Under the pieces are notes generated by a model, which saw only the letters and a program-made list of their open reading frames with translations, made no database searches and had not been told where the DNA came from. Below, piece after piece: positions 50,882 through 59,960 of a stretch of 60,265 nt of DNA. The stretch is taken from the NCBI GenBank assembly GCA_027730605.1, contig JAQCGN010000001.1:1-60265 (forward strand). Direction: 5' to 3'. Position 1 is the stretch's first letter; every line of letters begins with the position of its first letter. The stretch comes from Actinomycetota bacterium (GTDB taxonomy: Bacteria; Actinomycetota; Actinomycetes; S36-B12; UBA5976). A program made the position numbers and the translations under genes.

Positions 50882-51700
50882 GTGTCGTGGTGGCTGGCTG
50901 GCCTGATGGGAGTTGTGCAAGGTATTACCGAATTTCTACCCATCTCATCGAGTGCTCACTTGCGAATCCTTCCAGCGCTCACAGGCCAAACTGATCCTGG
51001 AGCATCTTTTACTGCTGTTATACAAATAGGAACAATACTGTCAGTCTTACTATATTTTTATAAAGATTTGCTTAACATCACTACCAGCACAGTTAAAGGA
51101 ATTCTAAATAAAGAGCATAGAAATTCAGACTTTAAAATGGGAATTTCTATAGGTCTGGCTACAATTCCAATAATTGTGGCAGGTTATTTTGGTCAAGATT
51201 TTATTCGAAACCAAGCACGTAGCCTTTACCTTGTTGCTATAGTGATGTTATTTTTTTCAATCGTTATGTACGTTATTGATACATACGGTAAAACAAATAC
51301 AAAAATTGATCAATTATCAAGATCAAAAATTTTTGTGATAGGTGTAGCTCAAGCGTTTGCCTTGATTCCTGGCTTTAGTAGATCAGGGGTGACAATTACT
51401 GCTTCTAGATTTTTTGGAATTGATAGGGCATCTGCTGCCAGATTCTCTTTCCTGCTCAGCGTTCCAGCAATTGTTTTATCAGGGATTTATGAAGCCGTAG
51501 GAATATCAAATGATAATCCTTCGGGGTGGGTTCAGACGATTTTTGCGACACTAATTTCGTTCATTGTCGGATATTTGAGCATTGCCTGGCTAATTAAATG
51601 GCTGGGCAGTCATAGCTTAAGGTCTTTTGTCATCTATCGAATTGTCTTATCTTTAGTCATTTTAGGTTTACTAAATGGCGGAATAATCTCCAACGTCTAG
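50882..51700 (+). CDS. uppP: undecaprenyl-diphosphate phosphatase
   Basis: 272 aa. GVVQGITEFLPISSSAHL, PGFSRSG, polytopic. GTG start. Confidence 0.92.
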   Translation: MSWWLAGLMGVVQGITEFLPISSSAHLRILPALTGQTDPGASFTAVIQIGTILSVLLYFYKDLLNITTSTVKGILNKEHRNSDFKMGISIGLATIPIIVAGYFGQDFIRNQARSLYLVAIVMLFFSIVMYVIDTYGKTNTKIDQLSRSKIFVIGVAQAFALIPGFSRSGVTITASRFFGIDRASAARFSFLLSVPAIVLSGIYEAVGISNDNPSGWVQTIFATLISFIVGYLSIAWLIKWLGSHSLRSFVIYRIVLSLVILGLLNGGIISNV

Positions 51701-51709
51701 AATGATTTT

Positions 51710-52375
51710 GTGACTTCGATATATCTTGTGAGACATGGAAGAACTTCTGCGAATGCCAAAGGTATTTTGGCTGGCAGAACTAAGGGAATTTCACTTGATG
51801 AAGTTGGATTAGAGCAAGCAGAAATCGTTGCACAAAAACTGAAGAACATATATTTTAAAAAAATAATTGTAAGTCCCATGGAAAGATGTCAACAAACAGC
51901 TAAAATTATAGCTAAGCATTTAGATGTTGGAGTAAAACCATTAATTCACTCAGGAATAAATGAGTGTGATTATGGAAATTGGTCTAATAAGAAGCTTTCG
52001 TCTTTGCGAAAGAAACCATTATGGAAAGTCATTCAAGATCGACCAAGTCAGGTTGAGTTTCCAGATGGTGAAAAAATGGTGGATATGTTGATTAGGTTTA
52101 AATCAACAATTACTGAAGTCATTAAAGGTTTAAAAGCTGACGATAATGTTCTCATTGTTTCTCATGGAGATCCAATTCGATCTTTCATTGCAGATTGTCT
52201 AGGAATTCATCTTGATAACTTTCAAAGAATTATTATCGATCCCTGTTCCATATCATTAGTAAAAATCAGTGATAGTAACTGCCAAGTAGTGAGTGTAAAT
52301 AACCGCGTTGAAATAAAAGAGAAAAAGAAAACTAAGGTGAAAAAAGGTAGTGATCTTGGTGGGGGAGCAGGTTAG
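51710..52375 (+). CDS. histidine phosphatase family protein (MSMEG_4193-type putative phosphomutase)
   Basis: 221 aa. LVRHGRT (RHG catalytic motif), SPMERCQQTA, VSHGDPIR. First gene of the conserved actinobacterial trio upstream of mshC. Confidence 0.85.
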   Translation: MTSIYLVRHGRTSANAKGILAGRTKGISLDEVGLEQAEIVAQKLKNIYFKKIIVSPMERCQQTAKIIAKHLDVGVKPLIHSGINECDYGNWSNKKLSSLRKKPLWKVIQDRPSQVEFPDGEKMVDMLIRFKSTITEVIKGLKADDNVLIVSHGDPIRSFIADCLGIHLDNFQRIIIDPCSISLVKISDSNCQVVSVNNRVEIKEKKKTKVKKGSDLGGGAG

Positions 52376-52926
52376 TGAGAAGAGTAATAGCACATCTAAA
52401 TCCCGATAGATTCGTTTCCGGAACAATCGGCCAACCTGGAGAAAGAATATTTTTTCTCCAGGTCAAGACTGGTGAAAATTTAATTAGCGTCATTGTAGAA
52501 AAGTCGCAGGTTGCAATATTGTCAGAAAGAATTGACACACTTTTAAATCAAATAATGTCAGAAAACTCCAATTCAGCAAGCATTCCAAAAAACTTTGTTG
52601 TGGATAAATTAGATCTTGAACCACTTGACTCACCAATAACTGAAGAGTTTCGCGTTGGAATCATGAGTTTAGGTTGGAGCATGTTGAAGAATAAATTAAT
52701 CATTGAAGCTCATGCCGATACAAGTGAAACGGTGCCTGAAATAGATAGTGAAGCAACAGAAGGTCCTGATGTTCTTCGGATACACATAAGCCCACAAGAA
52801 GGACGAAACTTTGCCGAAAGAGGCAGGCGTTTAGTTTCTGCAGGTAGACAAGTTTGTCCATTTTGTCAGGAACCACTTGGCCAAAGAGGACACATTTGTG
52901 CCCGTGCCAATGGTTACAAAAGATAA
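52375..52926 (+). CDS. DUF3090 domain protein with C-terminal CxxC-x8-HxC motif
   Basis: 183 aa. PDRFVSGTIGQPGERIFFLQV and the C-terminal CPFCQEPLGQRGHICARANGY. The GTG shares 1 nt with the preceding TAG. Confidence 0.8.
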   Translation: MRRVIAHLNPDRFVSGTIGQPGERIFFLQVKTGENLISVIVEKSQVAILSERIDTLLNQIMSENSNSASIPKNFVVDKLDLEPLDSPITEEFRVGIMSLGWSMLKNKLIIEAHADTSETVPEIDSEATEGPDVLRIHISPQEGRNFAERGRRLVSAGRQVCPFCQEPLGQRGHICARANGYKR

Positions 52927-52931
52927 ATTTC

Positions 52932-53708
52932 ATGCAATCCTTGGAAGTTTTGCAACATGGAATTGTTGATATTGAAGGATTAATTCCAGATTCTTCCAAT
53001 GGAGCTATCAAAGTTTCGTTTACTAAAGAAAATAACACTGTTGAGGCAATAATTAAACCTACAGTTTCAATAAGGCCGTTATGGGATTTTCCAAATCGGG
53101 ATTTAAATAATCGAGAGTATGCAACGTTTCTATTCGATCAGGAATTGGGACTTAATATGGTGCCACCAACGGTGTTAAGAGATTTAGAAGGTATTGGACA
53201 GTTATTGGCACAGGAATGGATTGAAGAAATTGATAATGATTTGGTAATTGTTAAAAGTCCAGATGAAATCCCTAAGGAATATCTCAAAGTTTTACAGGGC
53301 TATGACGAGCTCAATAAACTTATTACCCTGGCACATAAAGATATCCAGCAACTCAGAAACTTATGCCTATTTGACTTAGTAATAAATAACGCAGACAGAA
53401 AAGGTGGACACCTTTTAACTGATAAGAATGAACGAAATTGGGCCATTGATCACGGGGTCACTTGGCATGAGGAGCCAAAGATCAGAACTGTTTTATGGGG
53501 ATGGATCGGACAAAAATTTAACGATGCAGATAACGATTTTTTATCATCTGCACTAATGACACTTGAAAAATGGGAAAAAGGTAATTTTGAATACTTATTG
53601 AGTAGTGAAATAAAGCAAGGGATACAAAGAACTCAGGAATTGCTAAAAAATCAATTATTTCCCCGCCCGGGAGATCAGTGGCCTGCGGTACCTTGGCCTA
53701 TTTTTTAA
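52932..53708 (+). CDS. SCO1664 family protein (PI3/4-kinase-like fold, putative kinase)
   Basis: About 258 aa from ATG 52932 (MQSLEVLQHG...). FDLVINNADRKGGHLL (catalytic-loop-like) and WAIDHG (DFG-like). The longest ORF (from 52854) would overlap the DUF3090 gene by 73 nt, so I reject that start. Confidence 0.8.
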   Translation: MQSLEVLQHGIVDIEGLIPDSSNGAIKVSFTKENNTVEAIIKPTVSIRPLWDFPNRDLNNREYATFLFDQELGLNMVPPTVLRDLEGIGQLLAQEWIEEIDNDLVIVKSPDEIPKEYLKVLQGYDELNKLITLAHKDIQQLRNLCLFDLVINNADRKGGHLLTDKNERNWAIDHGVTWHEEPKIRTVLWGWIGQKFNDADNDFLSSALMTLEKWEKGNFEYLLSSEIKQGIQRTQELLKNQLFPRPGDQWPAVPWPIF

Positions 53709-53740
53709 TTAATGTTGTCTTGGTCGCGTAAGGTGGAGCA

Positions 53741-54958
53741 ATGAGATCTTGGACCGTCAATCCTCCAAATATTGAGATTACGGGTTTAGAAAATCACTCT
53801 TTGAGGATATTTGACTCAAAAACACAAAGAATAAATCTAATCCCAAAACAAGCAGAACCAATTCAAATATATGTTTGTGGAATCACTCCTTATGATTCAG
53901 CTCATTTAGGACACGCATTTACATATTTAGCTTTTGATTTGATGATTCGAGCGATGCGAGTTACCAAGCAAAATGTCATTTATGTTCAAAACGTCACTGA
54001 CATTGATGATCCATTATTCGAAAGATCAAGAAAAACAAATAAAAAATGGACTAGCATCGTAGATGATCAATTAGAGATATATCGAAAGGATATGCAAGCA
54101 CTAAACATCATGGCTCCAGATCATTTCGTGGGTGTGGTAGAAAATATTGACACTATAAATGATGAAATAGAAAAAACAATCAAGCGTAAATTAACCTACC
54201 AATTAGGCACTAAGTGGTATTTTCAAACCAGAAAAGCCAACAAATCACTACTAGTAAAAGATGTGGAAGATCATGAATTGATCACTCTTGCTAATGAAAG
54301 AGGCTGTGACACTGATACTCCAGGAAAACTAAATGCAATCGATCCCATTGTTTGGAAAGAATCAAAAGAAGATGAGCCTAGCTGGAATAGAGATTTTGGA
54401 ACAGGAAGGCCAGGTTGGCATATCCAATGCATATCTTTGGCAAATAAATATGCAAAGCTACCGCTTCATATTCAAGGCGGTGGAAAAGATTTGATTTTTC
54501 CCCATCACGCGATGTGTGAAGAACAAGCAATGGCTTTAGGTTTAGGGGATTTGGCAACAAATTATTGCCATGTGGGAATGGTTTCTTATCAGGGAAGTAA
54601 GATGAGTAAGTCCAAAGGAAATTTAGTTTTTGTGCACGAATTAATAAATAAAGGTATATCTCCAATGGTCATAAGAACATGTCTTATGTTGAATCATTGG
54701 CAAAGTGATTGGGAATTTCAAGAAGTAGACATAATTAAAGCTGAGAAACTACTAGAGAAGATTAATACAAATTTAACAGGAAAGTATTTCTCTAGAAATG
54801 AATTTGATTTTATTTTGGAATCTATGCTTAACAATATTCAAACACCGAAAATACTAGAATTTCTGAGTCAATTAGACCCAGATAAGAATGACGAAAGATC
54901 TGTCCCAACCGATACAGTTTTAAGTGCTCTTTTAGGGCTAGATTTAGAAAGCGTATAA
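53741..54958 (+). CDS. mshC: L-cysteine:1D-myo-inositol 2-amino-2-deoxy-alpha-D-glucopyranoside ligase (mycothiol biosynthesis)
   Basis: 405 aa CysRS paralogue. YVCGITPYDSAHLGHAFTY (HIGH-type), GRPGWHIQC, and KMSKSKGN. It lacks the anticodon-binding C-terminus of CysRS, and the actinobacterial context fits MshC. Confidence 0.85.
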   Translation: MRSWTVNPPNIEITGLENHSLRIFDSKTQRINLIPKQAEPIQIYVCGITPYDSAHLGHAFTYLAFDLMIRAMRVTKQNVIYVQNVTDIDDPLFERSRKTNKKWTSIVDDQLEIYRKDMQALNIMAPDHFVGVVENIDTINDEIEKTIKRKLTYQLGTKWYFQTRKANKSLLVKDVEDHELITLANERGCDTDTPGKLNAIDPIVWKESKEDEPSWNRDFGTGRPGWHIQCISLANKYAKLPLHIQGGGKDLIFPHHAMCEEQAMALGLGDLATNYCHVGMVSYQGSKMSKSKGNLVFVHELINKGISPMVIRTCLMLNHWQSDWEFQEVDIIKAEKLLEKINTNLTGKYFSRNEFDFILESMLNNIQTPKILEFLSQLDPDKNDERSVPTDTVLSALLGLDLESV

Positions 54959-54965
54959 TAAAAGC

Positions 54966-56549
54966 GTGATATATAAAACAAAATCTTGGTCAAAAATTAA
55001 AGTACTTGGAAAGGAAATCGACGATTTCAATCTTGCAAAAATGTTTAAGAAAAATCCCAATAGAGGAAAAGATTTAAGTTTATCGGTAGCTGACTTGACT
55101 TTTGATTTTAGTAAGTCAAGGATCACTGTAAAAGTTTTAAAGGAATTTCACAAGTTAGCCATAGAAATCGGGCTACAGAATAAAGTAAATTCAATGTTTG
55201 GCGGAGAAAATATTAATTCTTCGCAGAATCGACAGGTTGGACATATTTGGTTACGAAGTAAGAATTTGAGACCAAAGACCATTAATGGGATTGAAGAAAA
55301 TCAGGATCAGTTCCTGTCGTTTGCAGATAATGTTCGTTCAGGGACGGTGAAAGGAACTACGGGCAAGGAAATTACAGATGTTGTCAACATTGGAATTGGT
55401 GGATCTGATCTTGGCCCAGCTATGGTTTATAAGGCGCTTCAGAACAATCATGATAATAAAATTAACTGTTATTTTTTATCAAACATTGACGAGTTTGAGA
55501 ATATCAATACATTTAGAGGACTTAATCCTGAAACCACTTTGATTGTAGTAACAAGTAAGAGTTTTACTACGGCTGAAACGATGAAGAATGCTTTGTTTGC
55601 CAAGAATTGGTTAAAGAAATCATCATCCCCATTAAGCGTTCGTGATCATTTTGTAGCAGTTAGTACGAATCTGCAAGCTTGCGAGGAATTTGGCATTAGT
55701 AAAGACAGGGTGTTTCTCTTCTGGGATTGGGTGGGTGGAAGATATTCACTTTTTAGCTCAGTTGGCATATCAATTGCTCTTGGGTACGGATCAAAAGTTT
55801 TTCTTGAACTTCAAAATGGAGCATCTAAAATTGATCAGTCGTTAAAAGATATTGATTTTTTCAATTTCGCACCATTTATTCATGCAGTTATAAATATTTG
55901 GAATCTCAATATATTGAAAATGAATTCTTTGGCTGTAATTCCTTATTCATCTTCCTTACAAATATTTCCAGCATTCTTGCAACAGTTGTGGATGGAAAGT
56001 AATGGTAAATCTGTTGATTTGAAAGGAAAAGAGATTTCTCTAAACACCTGTCCAGTGATATTTGGAGAGCCTGGAACAAATTCTCAGCATTCATTTTTTC
56101 AATTTTTTCATCAATCACCTGAAATTGTTCCAGTTGACTTTATTCTGATAAAAAGTCAAAAAATCGAAGATGCTGAATTTCAGAACACCTTGTTTGCAAA
56201 CGGCTTGGCCCAAGCCGCTGTTTTGGCGTTTGGCAAAAGTAAGTCTGATCTTAAAAAAGAGGGTGCCTCAAAAGATTTAATAAGTCACAAGTTTATGCCA
56301 GGTAACAGACCTTCAAATATTCTTATTTTGCCACGATTAAACGCAGATTCTTTAGGACAATTAATTGCATTCTATGAAACATCAGTTATTTTACAAGGGT
56401 TCTTAATGAACATAAATTCTTTCGATCAATGGGGAGTTGAATTAGGAAAGTCAACAGCTGAGAGTTTTCTCAATTCCATTCAGGGTGAAGTTAAACTTGA
56501 TTTTGATAGTTCCACAAATAATCTGATTTCTGAATTTAAGAAAAACTAA
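54966..56549 (+). CDS. pgi: glucose-6-phosphate isomerase
   Basis: 527 aa. DFSKSRIT, VNIGIGGSDLGP, VTSKSFTTAET, WDWVGGRYSL, ESNGK, GTNSQHSFFQ, FDQWGVELGK. GTG start. Confidence 0.93.
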   Translation: MIYKTKSWSKIKVLGKEIDDFNLAKMFKKNPNRGKDLSLSVADLTFDFSKSRITVKVLKEFHKLAIEIGLQNKVNSMFGGENINSSQNRQVGHIWLRSKNLRPKTINGIEENQDQFLSFADNVRSGTVKGTTGKEITDVVNIGIGGSDLGPAMVYKALQNNHDNKINCYFLSNIDEFENINTFRGLNPETTLIVVTSKSFTTAETMKNALFAKNWLKKSSSPLSVRDHFVAVSTNLQACEEFGISKDRVFLFWDWVGGRYSLFSSVGISIALGYGSKVFLELQNGASKIDQSLKDIDFFNFAPFIHAVINIWNLNILKMNSLAVIPYSSSLQIFPAFLQQLWMESNGKSVDLKGKEISLNTCPVIFGEPGTNSQHSFFQFFHQSPEIVPVDFILIKSQKIEDAEFQNTLFANGLAQAAVLAFGKSKSDLKKEGASKDLISHKFMPGNRPSNILILPRLNADSLGQLIAFYETSVILQGFLMNINSFDQWGVELGKSTAESFLNSIQGEVKLDFDSSTNNLISEFKKN

Positions 56550-57400
56550 TCCTTAGTTCTTCTTTTAAGATATCTTTCAAATTCTCGTGCAATTGCTTCC
56601 CCACTTGCCTCGGGAAGATCAGAAGCATCGACTGTTGATTCAAGTCGGTTTACATAATCACTAATTTCTTCGTCTTCTGCTGCTAATTCATCGACACCAT
56701 CTTGCCAAGCCCTTGATTCGTCAACCAGATCGTCCAAAGGAATAGATATATCTAGTAAGTCTTCTAACTTAGAAATCAGAGCAAGTGTTCCTTTAGGGTT
56801 TGGGGGAGAAGAAACATAATGGGGGATAGCTGCCCAAAGTGAGATACTGGCAATTTCTCTTTCTGTTGCTCCATCTTGAATTACCCCAATAATTCCTGTT
56901 GGTCCTTCATAAGCTGATGGTTCAAAATCAAGTATTTCTGTAAGTTCAGTTGTTGCTGCAACTGTTGTAACTGGAACGGGTCTAGTGTGCGGAGCATCTG
57001 CAAGTAGTGCGCCACAAGAAATAACTAAAGAAGTTTCATAATCGTCAAAAATATCTAATAATTCAGCAACATATGATCGCCATTTCATATTCGGTTCTAT
57101 TCCTTGCACTAACAAAATAGGATTAGGAGATCCAGGAGGTTCAGCTAAAAAAATTCGGGTAGAAGGCCAATCAATAACTCGATTACCTTCATCGGTTAGA
57201 CGAACTCTAGGTCTAGCGACTTGATAGTCGTAGTAATTATCAGGGTCTATTGATGCAATCTCGGTTGCATCCCAAACTTCAATTAAGTGATCAACAACAT
57301 TGGATGCAGTCTCACCTGCATCATTCCAACCTAGAAATGCACATATCGCCACAGGATTCTTAGCAAGAAAGCCTTTAATGGACTTTGTTTCTAGATTCAC
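56546..57400 (-). CDS. PAC2 (proteasome assembly chaperone 2-like) family protein
   Basis: 284 aa. The acidic C-terminal tail and ...FLGWNDAGETAS..., LLVQGIEPNMKWR, YEGPTGI resemble actinobacterial PAC2-family proteins found near the pupylation/proteasome locus. Confidence 0.75.
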   Translation of the reverse strand: MNLETKSIKGFLAKNPVAICAFLGWNDAGETASNVVDHLIEVWDATEIASIDPDNYYDYQVARPRVRLTDEGNRVIDWPSTRIFLAEPPGSPNPILLVQGIEPNMKWRSYVAELLDIFDDYETSLVISCGALLADAPHTRPVPVTTVAATTELTEILDFEPSAYEGPTGIIGVIQDGATEREIASISLWAAIPHYVSSPPNPKGTLALISKLEDLLDISIPLDDLVDESRAWQDGVDELAAEDEEISDYVNRLESTVDASDLPEASGEAIAREFERYLKRRTKD

Positions 57401-57512
57401 AAGCCTCCGTTGAGAAGTTATATGTTATCCAAAGTAGTCTCTCAGGTAGTCAAACTTTTCAAGACATCCGGCTTTTACTTGAAGAACATGGTCAAAAATA
57501 GGAGCTTTTTTT

Positions 57513-58181
57513 GTGCGTGCATTACTAATTGATATGGACGGAACGCTTGTTGAGACTGAAACTAGGTGGTGGCAAGCAGAAATTGATGTGATGCAAAAGC
57601 ATGGATCAACCTGGGATGTAGATGACCAAAACCTAGCCATAGGTGGACCTCTTAGTGCGGTGGTTGATTACATGGCAGACAAATCAAAGGCTGAGGCTGA
57701 AAATATTTACCAAGAATTAGTAGATTCAATGTACAAATCTTTCACTGAAGTTGCCCCAGAATTGCAACCTGGTTGGTCAGACATCTTAAATCAAGCAAAG
57801 AAAAGTGATTTACATATTGCATTAGTAACTGCTTCAAATCGTTTATTAGCAGAAGCGCTACTTAAGTCATCAAATCTCGAAAAACATTTTGATGTCGTCG
57901 TAGCCTCTGATGATTTGCCTCGGACAAAACCTCACCCAGATCCTTACTTACACGCAGCAAAATTACTCGGTGTTGAAGTTTTAGATTGCTTAGTATTTGA
58001 AGATTCAAACACGGGTGTAACAAGTTCTTTAGCAGCAAAAATGCCTACGATTGCTCTGCCAGGTCGAGTGCTTCTTGATGAAAGAAGAGGAATGAAAATT
58101 CTTCAAACACTGAAAGGCATGAATTTGCAAGACTTAGAGAAAATTCACAAAGAATTAGTGAAAGAATGGCATGATAGTTAA
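57513..58181 (+). CDS. HAD-IA family hydrolase (beta-phosphoglucomutase-like)
   Basis: 222 aa. LIDMDGTLVETE (DxDGT), VTAS, KPHPDPYL, FEDSNTGV. GTG start. Confidence 0.85.
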   Translation: MRALLIDMDGTLVETETRWWQAEIDVMQKHGSTWDVDDQNLAIGGPLSAVVDYMADKSKAEAENIYQELVDSMYKSFTEVAPELQPGWSDILNQAKKSDLHIALVTASNRLLAEALLKSSNLEKHFDVVVASDDLPRTKPHPDPYLHAAKLLGVEVLDCLVFEDSNTGVTSSLAAKMPTIALPGRVLLDERRGMKILQTLKGMNLQDLEKIHKELVKEWHDS

Positions 58182-58993
58182 TTTGTTGTGAATTCAGGGC
58201 AAATACTTTTAAAATAACAGTAATCGCATAACTTGGAAACCTTCGTGGGCCAGTGATTATTGATTTTAGATTCGCTAATTTGTTCAGCAATATTTTCGAC
58301 TTTAGCAAGCACAAGCTCAATATCTCTTTGATCTGGTTCGTAGGTCAAAATTTGCGAATCTTTGAGGTAAATAAGTCGTAACATTTTGGGAATAATTCCC
58401 ATCTGCTTATATATGACTAAGGCATAGAATTTTAATTGAAACATTGCTTTTGCAGAAAAATTCTCGTTTGGACTCTTGCCTGTCTTATAATCATTTATCC
58501 TGATCCATCCATCAGGTGATTTATCAATCCGATCCACAAAACCTTTTATTTTTAAACTTGAAGAAATATCAAACTCTATTAATTTTTCGGTTGACTCAGG
58601 CTCAATTCTTCTGGGATCTTCGATTTGAAAGTAGTTTGCAACCAAAGTTTTAACTTCCGCAAACAAAATGTCTAGTCGATCTTGAGAAATGGTGTGTTCC
58701 TTCGAGAGTGGAAATTCAATATTTTCATCCAAAGCACAAATCAGATCTGGTTCACTTTCTATCAACAGTTGCCAGTTTTGAGCTGTCGAAGATATGGCAT
58801 TTTCAAATGTTCTCTCCGATGACTTCAACGTAAAGATCTTTTCCAAAATTAAGTGGACAAGGGATCCTCTCAAGGCATCTAAACCCGGACGCTCTGGCAA
58901 TTTATCTATTGCTCGATATTTATATAAAGCTGGACATTGTTGGTAATCAGATATTCTGGAAGGGGATAGTTGTAGAACTTCTATTTCTGTCAT
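58178..58993 (-). CDS. RecB-family PD-(D/E)XK nuclease with Cas4-like 4-Cys cluster
   Basis: 271 aa. N-terminal LSPSRISDYQQCP, GFVDRID...INDYKTGK (D..D/ExK) and C-terminal CDYCYFKSIC. This is the C...CxxCx5C arrangement of AddB/Cas4-type Fe-S nucleases. Confidence 0.8.
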   Translation of the reverse strand: MTEIEVLQLSPSRISDYQQCPALYKYRAIDKLPERPGLDALRGSLVHLILEKIFTLKSSERTFENAISSTAQNWQLLIESEPDLICALDENIEFPLSKEHTISQDRLDILFAEVKTLVANYFQIEDPRRIEPESTEKLIEFDISSSLKIKGFVDRIDKSPDGWIRINDYKTGKSPNENFSAKAMFQLKFYALVIYKQMGIIPKMLRLIYLKDSQILTYEPDQRDIELVLAKVENIAEQISESKINNHWPTKVSKLCDYCYFKSICPEFTTN

Positions 58994-59052
58994 GAGACAA
59001 CCATAGGCTCAAACACTGACAAAATCACAGCATTCGTAGACTTTTGATTAAT

Positions 59053-59925
59053 ATGACACTTTCTTTTGGTTCTTTAGTGACAATAACTGATCAAAAAGGT
59101 AGATCTCACACGGTTTGTCTTGAATCAGGAAAACAATTCTTCACAACACATGGCTCAATTAATCACGATGACATCCTTAGTGCTGGTGAAGGTGGAGTAG
59201 TAGCAAGTTCGAGTGGAATGTTGTACACAATCTTTTCTCCAGCTCTACAAGACTTTGTAGTTGGTATGCCAAGGGGCGCAGCAGTTATTTACCCAAAAGA
59301 CGCAGCACAAATCGTTGAAATAGGTGACATGAAACCTGGGTCTAAAGTTTTAGAAGCAGGTGTTGGCTCTGGATCCTTAACATTACATATCTTAAGAACA
59401 ATTGGTGATTCAGGAAAACTAACTTCATGTGAAATAAGAGAAGAATTTTTGAAAGTCGCAAACAAAAATATAGAACGTTTTCTAGGTCATATTCCAAAAA
59501 ATTGGAATGGATTATTGACTGATTTTGCTGAATTCAAAAGTGAAGAGAAATTTGATTGCATAGTTCTAGATCTATTAAATCCGTGGGACATGATTGAAAA
59601 TGTCTATCAACATTTAAGACCAGGGGGACACTTTGTTGCTTATTTGGCAACCACGACTCAAATGTCTCGATTAGTAGAAGCGCTAAAGGAGACAGAGAAA
59701 TGGACTGATGCCACAGCTTCTGAAACTCTTTATCGTGAATGGCACCTTCAAGGATTATCCGTTAGACCAAAGCATCGAATGAGTGGTCACACTGGATTTT
59801 TGGTCCACAGCAGAAGAATGGCAGATGGCGTAATCGTTCCAAAAAGGAGACAAAAGCCTGCTAAAGGCGCCTACGGCGTTGATTACTTAGCACAGCAGAC
59901 TCAAGAAGCACAAGATCTTAATTAA
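59053..59925 (+). CDS. trmI: tRNA (adenine58-N1)-methyltransferase TrmI
   Basis: From ATG 59053 (MTLSFGSLVTITDQKGRSHTV...). RGAAVIYPKDAAQIV, the SAM motif VLEAGVGSGSLTL, and DLLNPW. The longest ORF begins at TTG 59044. Confidence 0.88.
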   Translation: MTLSFGSLVTITDQKGRSHTVCLESGKQFFTTHGSINHDDILSAGEGGVVASSSGMLYTIFSPALQDFVVGMPRGAAVIYPKDAAQIVEIGDMKPGSKVLEAGVGSGSLTLHILRTIGDSGKLTSCEIREEFLKVANKNIERFLGHIPKNWNGLLTDFAEFKSEEKFDCIVLDLLNPWDMIENVYQHLRPGGHFVAYLATTTQMSRLVEALKETEKWTDATASETLYREWHLQGLSVRPKHRMSGHTGFLVHSRRMADGVIVPKRRQKPAKGAYGVDYLAQQTQEAQDLN

Positions 59926-59960
59926 AGATAGAATTAGTTTCTAATTAATGGAGGAAAGAT

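Noticed and set aside
52854-52931. N-terminal 26-codon extension of the SCO1664-family ORF, overlapping the DUF3090 gene by 73 nt.
   Set aside because: The extension (MSILSGTTWPKRTHLCPCQWLQKINF) is the out-of-frame reading of the conserved DUF3090 Cys motif. ATG 52932, 5 nt after the DUF3090 stop, is the parsimonious start.
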